From positions 64,001-128,000 of IMG/VR virus record IMGVR_UViG_3300014039_000013: a DNA stretch of 64,000 nt. One strand, given 5' to 3'. The DNA comes from a virus (lineage: Duplodnaviria > Caudoviricetes). Made by a program: the position numbers and the translations under genes. The stretch's first letter is position 1. Every line of letters starts with the position of its first letter. The notes under the pieces were generated by a model that was given only the letters and a program-made list of their open reading frames with translations, did not search any database and had not been told where the DNA came from. Shown here in pieces: positions 54,838 to 64,000 of this stretch.

Positions 54838-56260
54838 AGAAGTTATTAAAAATGGATATTCGTTTATAAAAACTACAGACGGAAGACTTGTTTTAGTAGA
54901 TAAGGATTACAATATTTTAATTAATGATGTTTAGAACCAACCTTAGCTACATGATTGGATAGATTTACATAAATTGTGGAATCATCCAGAAGGATTAGTT
55001 GCAACGCATAATTATAATCATATTCGTAATTCTGAAGGAATGAAAGCAATTGATGATGCTGTAAGGTGGGGAGGAAATACGGCTGGGCTATTCGCTACAA
55101 CAGTAGCATTAGCTCCAACTGCTCTTACGAGTGTTGTTACATATACCCCTATAATTGGATAGAAGTTTGTAAAACCATTTTTAAAATCAATGGATTATTT
55201 ATTTAATCCAACAACATATCATGGCGGTTTGCTTTCTAGTGCGGTTGCTGCTAATGAAATTAATAATTTTAAGAATAATCCAAATATTGAAAATGGTGTT
55301 TATGCTGGATTATCGTTATTGCCATTTTATCCAGCAGTAAGATCTGCCATTTCTAAAACAACAAATACAGCAAAAGATTTATATGAATTATTAAAATATA
55401 ATCCTACATCTAAATTAACTTATCAACCAAGTATAACAACTTTTACACCAAATCCTAGTATATATTATAAATCTATTTCCGTTGGTAATACATATTGGCC
55501 AAAACAGAAAGATATATTTAAATACAATGCTTATTTAGATTCTTACTTTTATACGGATAAAGTTAAAGCTTTAATTAAATAGTTTGAATTAGATGGAAAC
55601 TTAAAAACATTATAGTAGTCGTTAAAAACTCTTCCAGAAAAAGATGCAGAATAGTTAAGAATGTTTTTAAAGACATATAATTTTTAGCACGACAAAGTAC
55701 CTTATTATGATTCATTAGACAAATTATTAAGCGATCATCCTAGTTTAAGAAGATCGTATGATAGTTCTCCACGTAGTTCAAAACAAGATATTAATCGAGC
55801 TGCTGGAGTTGTAATTGATAATGGAGAAGATTATGCTGTTTTAATTAGAGAGGATAGCTAGATCGATCATGAATACGAACATATGCTTCAAAGAAAAAGA
55901 TAGAATCAAAATGGTCCATATCTTGAAGAACAAGTAAATCTTTTACAATCTGCTTATAAACATACAGATGGAGATCCAATAACATCATTAACTGATGAAA
56001 AAGGTGCTGTAAATTAGCAATTAAGAACTTCTATTATTAATTAGTTTGAATAGGAATTTAATAGACATCCAACTGTTGAAGAATATTAGAGATATGTAGA
56101 TTCAATACCAGACGATTATTTAAATGCAATGCTGAATACTGATACAAATGATTATGGAATGCAATATTCTAGTAATAATTCTGATATTGGATTAATAAAA
56201 CAAGCATTAAAATATATTGGAATTTCATCTGTTCCATTAGTATTTAAAAATAAAGAATAA
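54815..56260 (+). CDS. TAG-recoded protein with C-terminal HExxH zincin domain (481 aa)
   Basis: Joins track ORFs 54974 and 55190; HEYEH near 55870 with a downstream E (DEKGA). Confidence 0.8.
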
Positions 56261-56261
56261 T

Positions 56262-56298
56262 AAAAAAGCTCGGCTATTTCTAGTCGAGCTTTATTTTT
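56262..56298. terminator. Bidirectional terminator between convergent operons
   Basis: AAAAAAGCTCGGCTA-TTTC-TAGTCGAGCTTTATTTTT. Confidence 0.8.
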
Positions 56299-56918
56299 TA
56301 TATATATCTACGTATGTTTTCTATTTTCATTTTTGGTAATTTTCTTTCAACAACACCAGATTTTTTATTTGCGGCGTCTATAATATAAATCTAACCGTTT
56401 GAATCAATCTTACTTACTAATCCAATATGCTTACCACTTGATGATGCGTTAGAAGCAAATTGGATTATATCTCCTTTTTGGACATCATTAAAATTAATTT
56501 TATCTCCAGATTTTCCTTGCTATGCAGCTGTTCTTGGAACATTTATTCCAGCAGATGCAAACACTGTTTGAATCAATCCACTACAATCAAATCCATTTTC
56601 CGAAGTTCCTCCCCAACGATAAGGTGTACCAATGTAACTTCTAGCTTTACTGATGATTTTGTCAACAACATTATTAGGTGTATACACAGTAGGATTAGAT
56701 AATTCTCTCTAAGTTACTGGAACAGGTAGCTCTGTAGTATAAGAAGCTACATCATAATCGCTTGGTTTTAATATAGTTGGTAAGTGTTCAGTATCATTAT
56801 TATCATAATTTAAATAATCAAAAATACTTAATTGCTACGAACTTGGATTATATAAAGATTGTATTGTTGGAAGCGATTGTTGGAAATAAGGAGAATAAGA
56901 AATATAATTATTCTGCAT
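56298..56918 (-). CDS. NlpC/P60 peptidase, TAG-recoded (206 aa)
   Basis: ARSYIGTPYRWGGTSENGFDCSGLI..VPRTAA*Q..KGDII.F..HIGLV. Confidence 0.92.
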
Positions 56919-59900
56919 ATAAATCAAACATATAATTTATAATAACATCAATTTCGTCATCTGTAAAATTTTGATCTTTTAATTTATTTTTTAAATAATC
57001 TTCTGTTTTAAAATTATGTCCGTGTGATTTTTCATTTGCTTCATTAAACATATCTTGTAATGGTAATGACTCTATATTTTTATTTTTTAATAAAGTAGCA
57101 TAATTCTATGCATCTTCATTTATCACGCCTTTATGTAATTTACGTTTTAACGATCGATACCCTACCATACCAAGACCTCCTAACATACCAAGACCAAAAC
57201 CAATAGTTGGCGTCATAATTGCTGCGTTCACAAAATTATTTTTTAAATTACTTGTATTATGTATTCCACTAAGATATAAATTTCTCCAAGTATTTGATTG
57301 TCTTGATAATATATTTTGCGCAGACTAAACGTCATATGATGGGAAATATAAGCCAGTAGAAGGTTCGGTTGCTTTAGATTGATAATTTCTCAATAATTCT
57401 TGAAATTCTTGGGAATAATTTGGTGAAGTGAATAGTTTTACTCTATCAATGACCTAATCATTAGATTTTGTGTGTGCTATTGTTGGTATATCCCACTTAT
57501 TAGAAAATGTTAAACCTACTTCTGGTGTCCAACCTTTCTATATTAAATATTTAGTTGGATCATTCTAAATATCTAGCATGCCAACATAAGACCCACCATA
57601 TGCCCCTACGCCTCTATTTGTTGCCATAGATCTCCATAATCCTAAATTACTTGATTGTGATGCATTAAAAACACTTTTTGGATCTGAATAATATTCAGAT
57701 CCAAAATTGTTTTTATTAGTAACACGTTTTACTTGATCCACAAATTCATTTAATGTTAAATTGTCATCATATGACAATCTACCAATACGAACGGAACGGA
57801 ATGGGAAATTATCACCAAATGCTGTAATACCACCACTAGTGTGATTCTGTCCTACACCAGAACCAGTTCCACCTCCATACTAAATATTTTCAGTAAACCC
57901 TCTTAATAATTCTTCATTTGTTAAATCTCTGCCAACATATGGAGAATATCTACCTTGTGCTCGTAATCCATAAAAATTATTCATATAATATACATCAAAT
58001 ATATTCTACATTTGTTTTGGATTTTTAGCAATTTCATTTATTTGGTTTTCTGTAAAATATTGTTTTGCTGAATTTTCATTTATAACTTCTTGTAAAAATT
58101 TTTTATTAGCTTCAACGTCATCAAATCCTGTAATTTGTGCAGACGGACGTTTCCATGTTGAGCCAAATAAAGATTTTCCTTTTGTTAGAATTGCAGATTC
58201 AATAGCAGACTACTGTTCTGGCATGGTTAATAAATTATAAGCTCTATATCCTTGTTTCGCGTTTGCTGGATTTTGTGCACTTAAGTTTGCGCCCATAAAT
58301 AAAACATCAGACAAATGAACTTTTGCAACATTATCTCCTTGTCTAAGTTCCTAAAATAACTATTCAGCAGATACTGGAAGAGGTATATCGTAAGTAGTAA
58401 TTTCGTTTAATTCATTAGCTTTATATAACCTATTTGCTTCTTCTGGATGTAATACAGAATATATCTAATGTGCTAGTTTACCAACGGCCTATCCATTTTC
58501 GTTTTCTTGAATTATATCAAAATCAACGCCATTTGTGTTGCCCTGGGCAAATTCAGAAACTCCTTTTTCATCGCCAAGACCATTTGTTCCAGTTTGCTAA
58601 AAATGTATATTAGATTTTGCTTTATTTAATCTAGCAGCAGTAGTTATAATTTCTGTATCATTATTAACTTGGTTTTGAATAAAGCCCCTTCCGACACCAA
58701 CAGTTGATCCTGTAACTAGCCCCTCACCATTTAAGGTTTTATTCAGGCTACTTTCGTAATTTCTAACAGCTTTTATGATTTCTGGATTTGAAAATCTTGA
58801 CTAATATAATCTTCTAGTTATTTTTGTGGATATAGTTATCGGTTTATCTTTTACAAGTAAAAAATTATAAGGAGCTTCCCCTATTTTTAATTCAATATTC
58901 TAGAGATTTTCTGGAGTTTGTAACATAACTGCACCACCACTTACATTACTTGTAGTATTTCCAAATTTTACTTCAAAATTTGGTACAACCATATCAACAT
59001 ACACTGGCTCTGGTTGTTTATTAAATTCTGGATGATGTAATATTTCCTGTTCTGATTTATATAAATCAGGAAATAAAATTTTCTTTTCGTCATCTTTAGA
59101 AAAATAACCATCAGAATATTTTTTGTCTCTTAAACGAGTAGTTAGATTATTCCAAGATTTTTTAGGTCCATACTAAAATAAATATCTCATATTAGTCCAT
59201 CTTTCAGGGATTACATTTTCACCAAGCCACTATCCAGCTTTTTTAGCTGTATTATATACACCCTTATATGTTTTACTAGGAATACCAAAAAACGGTGTTG
59301 CCGCCAATGCAAAATTGGCAACCGCCGCAGCCTTTCCGTCATTTATATTAAATGCGTGTTTTAATTGATCCCATCCTTCTGCTGTATAATAACTAAACTA
59401 CGCACCATTAGCAGCTGCTCCCCAACCCGTGTTTGCAAACAAAAGAGGATACTTATATCCTTGCGTCATTAAAGATGGTGTGGTTCTTGTAAATAAAGTT
59501 TCTGCCAATGTTCCTAAATTAGTATTTGGTAAAACTCTATCAACTAAAAACTATGTTCCTTTTTGTGCAGCATTTGTTGCTTGACCAAGACCAAATCCAC
59601 CTAATGCAAATTCAGCAGCAACTGGAGCTGTTGCTACCGCTGCGAGACCCAATGCTGCTGCATCACCACCTTGTCTCATATCATCTCTAACTTGTTGTAT
59701 AGCATCCTTATGTGCAACAGTTGCTCTCTAGCTACTTTGAGTAAAATTTTCAGCTTTATCCCAAAGATTATTTTTATCTATCCACTATGTTAAAAATGGA
59801 GATCTCTATACATTTGGAACTATAACTTTATAACCATTGTTTTTGTCAACAAGTTGCAACTTACCATCTTGATTAGTTAAAAACGTGTATCCATATTTTA

Positions 59901-60117
59901 ATACATCATCCGCATTAACAGCTAAATGCCCATTTGAGTTTCTATACTATCCAGGAGACCATTTTCTATCTACTGTTACAGAAGCCTCATTAAGTTTAGT
60001 AGGGTTTTGTTCTGAAGCTAAATCTATAACCATATCATTAGCTTGTTGTTCTAATCGCTAGCCAAGCTACTACATCTACTATAAATACGGATTATCTTTT
60101 ATTTCGTCGTCATTCAT
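56908..60117 (-). CDS. Large TAG-recoded protein (1069 aa) with a putative pol-beta-type nucleotidyltransferase domain
   Basis: One frame without TAA/TGA from ATG 60117 to TAA 56908. LVTGST..G......NDTEII and a later VDFDII resemble the NTase signature; the function call is tentative. Confidence 0.75.
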
Positions 60118-61516
60118 TTTGTTTTAATATTTGTATTGGTAATGTTGAAAATAAAGTGCCAGTTAACGCTTTCCAAACATACGGCATTGATTCTTCATCT
60201 AATTTAAGATAATTTATTAATCCAGATTTAGGACTATTTTTAGGATAACTTTTTATTATTTGTAATGCTTGTTCATATCCAGGATATTCTTGTCCTATTT
60301 TTAATCCTAAATCTTTTCCTATATCTCTAGTATTCATTACTGCTTCAACAGGGGTAACAGATAGATCAAAATCTCCATAATAAGAATTTGGTTTAAATAT
60401 TTTAGAGCTTTTCGTTTTTAAAAATCGATGTTCTTTCATACCTAATTTTGGATCGCTTGCCATCAAAGATTCAGATACGTTTCCATGTTTGAAAGAATGC
60501 CCGTGCTCGTGTGCGCTAACATACTATGGACTCATATTTGAACCAAGATTATATGTAATATCACCATTGCCGTCAGCACTTCCTCCAATATCACTTTTTG
60601 GATCATAATATGTTGTTACTTTATATTTCTAATTGAATTCTGGTTTTTCGTAAGTTGGAGTATAATGTAATCCCATCTATTCAGCTTCAATGACATTTTG
60701 TTCAGCAGCCTATCTATATGCAGAACTATTTATCCAATCTACCGTTTCTTGTCGTCCCTATCTTATTAAATCAGACAAATTACCTGTTTCCCACTATTTT
60801 GTTTCTGGATTAAATAAATATGGATAACCATTTTCAGACCACGATTTACTTAGATATTTTCCATTAAATGTTGGAGTGTCCAATTTTGTTACACTAAACA
60901 TATTTCTTTTTGGATTAATACTATAAATTAATCTTTTAGGAACTTTTATAACTTTATTTCCAAGAATCATAAATGTTAAATCTGTCGTCAAACCAGCAAT
61001 CTATCTATTTTTAACAGGCTAATCAGTAGCAGTAAAAATTCGTTCTGCAACATATCCTGGTCTAGTAACATTTAAAACTGTGTTAAAATTTTGTTTACCA
61101 GACTAATAATAATCATTTGATTTTTGCTATTGATAAAATTGTTCTCTCTAAAAATCGTTATGATTATCTCCATCAGATGATGAAACATACGATGTATTAA
61201 ACAATGCTTTATCAGCATCGTCTTTTGCCTAATGCCACATATCATATAATTTCGAGTGCTCCGATAATACATCATCAAGATATTTATCTGGCACTTCTTC
61301 ATTATCATTCATAACAACTCCAACAGGATAACCAATTTGATTAAATTTAATAGTATAAACTGAACCCTTTAACCAATGATTTAAATCCTATGTTGTTTGT
61401 GCTGCTTCTGGATTATTATTTATAAATTCCTATGAATCTGTTAATCTTATGGCATCCCGCGGTTGTTCTAAAGTTTTAGTACGAAATTTTATTTTTGTTT
61501 TCTTTTTATTTACCAT
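60110..61516 (-). CDS. TAG-recoded protein with C-terminal HExxH zincin domain (468 aa)
   Basis: Joins track ORFs 60794 and 60110; AHEHGH at 60497-60511 with a downstream VEAVMN. Confidence 0.8.
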
Positions 61517-63002
61517 TTATTTTTAAACTATTTAAATATTTTCTCAAATAATCATAATTTAAGTCTTGATATCTACCTGCTCTATCGCTATACATCCAAC
61601 CAGTGCCTAATTCATTAGGTATAAGTTCTGTATAATTACCTTTAGGAGTAATTGTTATTGATGGTAATTGATAAGCACCATTATACATAGCTTTTGTGTT
61701 ACCATTATTATAATATAAATCTGAACCTAAATAATCTAGTACTCTATCTGTATTATTAGGTACAGCTTGTCTTGCAGACATGTTAAACACCCTATCATTA
61801 TTTAACCAAGAATTAATACCTAAATCAGGATAAGTAGGATGGCTAGGTTTCTTATAAGTACCACTTTTTCCAGCATCTGGGAAATGTGCTTTACTTCCTT
61901 GTTCTATAGCTTTTAACTGTCTATATGCTTCAGTAGGATTATCATTGTAATATTTTTGATAATCATAATCATCCTTGTTTATATCTTGGTTGTTCCATGC
62001 TTTAGATAATCTAGTGGAGAAATCTTTATATGATTTTTTAAGTGGCCCTCCCTCTGCATATCCAACGACACCCCTTGCTCTTAACCTTTCTGGAGGAGTA
62101 ACCTTCTCAGTATCATAAACAATTTTTCCAAATTGATTTCTATAAACACCCTCACCTATAGGGGTCAGATTAATAAAAGCAGGATCTGTTGTATTTGAGT
62201 CAGCATACACGTAATCACCCTTTCTTCTAACAGGACCACCTTCAGCATGTTTTGTTTTAGCCTTTTTTGCTTCTGCTTCTTCGGCCATCTTTTTCCTTGT
62301 TGTTTTTAAAGAGTCCGCTGTTGCCACCGCAGAACGATGTATAGCGATTGGACGATTCCAATAATAGGGAGCTGTACCTACAACACCTTGAGGTAGATTT
62401 GCTCCCTGCTGCCAAGGGTACACATTACTCAGAAAAGTAGGATAACCCTTATAATATGTTGTACTATTAGGTGCAAGGGGACCCTTACCAGAAAAGTAAG
62501 GCTGTTCATGTTGTGAATATAATTTTCTTAAAGTCTCCCAATATTCTTTAGTGGGTATGCCTGCTACTGTTGTAGGTTTTTTTGATTTAGTGGGAGATTT
62601 CTCTTCTGTCCCTTGTAAATTATCATATAAATTTTTACCTGTAATGACAGAGGAAGCATCATCTGGTACACCTACTAAAGATGCGTATCCGGGTAGCATT
62701 CCTACTGCATCAAAAGCTAGTGAACTCATAGCACTGGTAGGGTCTTGCCCATTTCTATAAGCTTCTTTGGCTGTATATATATATCAAATGCTAAATCGGG
62801 GACCTATAGTCCAGGGAGTAGGGATCATTTGTAATGTACTTCCTACTACCGATGCGCCAGCTGCCATTCTTTGTGCATTTTCCCACTTTTCATCAAAGTC
62901 AAGAGTGCTTTCCGTTTGGTATTGTGCGTCTCTTGCTACCTGAGTTTCAGGTAACCCTACTATATCAATAGGAGGTATCTCTTGTATATATGTTCTACTC
63001 AT
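61506..63002 (-). CDS. Hypothetical virion-type protein in two in-frame parts (62784-63002 and 61506-62729) separated by one TGA
   Basis: Both ORFs are in the same frame with 18 open codons between them; AEGGP occurs twice; no TAG. Confidence 0.6.
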
Positions 63003-63562
63003 TATAATCTATCTATAAAATGTACAATATTTTTATCTTCTTTCATTTTTTGTGTAATAATAGGATTGTGTTTTTTAGCCCATTTCTTAATAGTACTAAA
63101 CCAGTTCATTCTTTTAATATTCTGCCAGAATGAAAGATTTGAATAGAATGGGATATAAGTATAATCCATTATCTGAAATTTTTCATTTAATATAATTCTC
63201 CAATTCTTTTTAATAGCAGCAAAAGAAATCTTAGCAAGGTAGGGAGGTAAAAACAAAAGTTCTTTTTCAAAGCATTCCTCATCCTTACTATTACCTTTTT
63301 CTAATATTAATCTGATATGAAAATCTTGATAATCATCTAGTATTTCATATAGCATTTTAAATCTCTTATTAAAGTTTACTAAACCATGACATAATTCCCA
63401 ATATCCATCTTTAGTTCTGTGAACTCTAATATCAAGATATTTAACTCCTAAATCTTGCTGCTCTTTTATTGTCTTTGTTTGTGTTCTCCATAAAAAAGAA
63501 AACAACTCATATATTTTATTTTTAGCTTTTAAATAAGTAAAGCTATCATGTGTTCCTATCAT
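63002..63562 (-). CDS. PI-PLC-like phosphodiesterase
   Basis: GTHDS, RTQTKTIKEQ..GVKYLDIRV, CHG. Confidence 0.8.
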   Translation of the reverse strand: MIGTHDSFTYLKAKNKIYELFSFLWRTQTKTIKEQQDLGVKYLDIRVHRTKDGYWELCHGLVNFNKRFKMLYEILDDYQDFHIRLILEKGNSKDEECFEKELLFLPPYLAKISFAAIKKNWRIILNEKFQIMDYTYIPFYSNLSFWQNIKRMNWFSTIKKWAKKHNPIITQKMKEDKNIVHFIDRL

Positions 63563-64000
63563 TTAATAATTATATTTAGAATTATTAATTAATTGTTGTA
63601 TTTGCGGATTAGTTAATAATAACTATCCATTAGTTTTTACTTTTTGAGTATGATCTTTTTCGTTAGTATTATATATATTAGATTTATATCTTATAAAAGC
63701 GGACTCTATTGGATGTAAATTATAATTAATTTTTCTTTCTTGATTAATAAGATAATTCCATCCTATATCTTCTTTCTATAAATTTGAATTTTTACTAGCT
63801 TTGCGTTCTTGGTTCAATCGATTATCTGTTATTCTGTCTGTACTATTTAAATATTCATCATATGGATTATCTTCAAAATATGCCCAATTACTAAGTAACA
63901 CAACTGGTGAATACATGTTGTTTCCAGAATTAAAACTTCGCCAATGTTTAGAATTAATCATACCGTTATACTATATTCCAGCAGTCCGATCTTTATGATT
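63563..64000 (-). CDS. 3' part of a TAG-recoded hypothetical gene entering from outside the window
   Basis: The frame is open from 64000 to TAA 63563 with three TAG. Confidence 0.65.

Noticed and set aside
50860-61516. Reading the fragmented ORF track as a field of pseudogenes
   Set aside because: The interruptions are exclusively TAG, catalytic motifs are intact, genes abut with start/stop overlaps, and a CTA tRNA is adjacent.
53593-62786. TGA-to-Trp recoding
   Set aside because: TGA ends genes at 53595, 54274, 54837 and 60110, each overlapping the next gene. The single in-frame TGA at 62784 is better explained by local indels.
51242-63998. Track ORFs 51242, 51458, 51750, 52961, 56460, 61072, 62551 and 63801
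   Set aside because: They are off-frame or antisense overlaps of the read-through genes.

Overview
AT-rich segment of a large Bacteroidota phage, most consistent with a crAss-like phage (Crassvirales; inferred from gene content). Positions 1-49.5 kb are almost entirely minus-strand and hold the replication, nucleotide-metabolism, lysis, tRNA and early genes. These include an intron-split dUTPase, a Dda-like helicase, NrdG, an NrdD gene split into 8 exons by 7 group I introns, primase, SSB, DnaB-like and SF2 helicases, ferritin, RNase H, an amidase and a phiEco32-like amidoligase operon. After a divergent, repeat-rich junction (~48.4-49.8 kb) comes an amber-suppressor tRNA (anticodon CTA, long variable arm). 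Beyond it the supplied ORF track breaks into fragments because TAG is a sense codon, very probably Gln. Reading TAG through by hand recovers two convergent operons. They encode three peptidoglycan hydrolases (SLT, tail lysozyme, NlpC/P60) and four large proteins with related N-terminal domains, Gly/Ala-rich hydrophobic segments and swapped payloads (two HExxH peptidases, one putative nucleotidyltransferase). In the otherwise TAG-free left arm, the in-frame TAGs I found are all near the 5' end of hazardous genes: three homing endonucleases, the Holliday-junction resolvase and the amidase endolysin. This suggests an amber-gated timing switch. Splice sites and read-through ORFs were derived manually and need computational confirmation.
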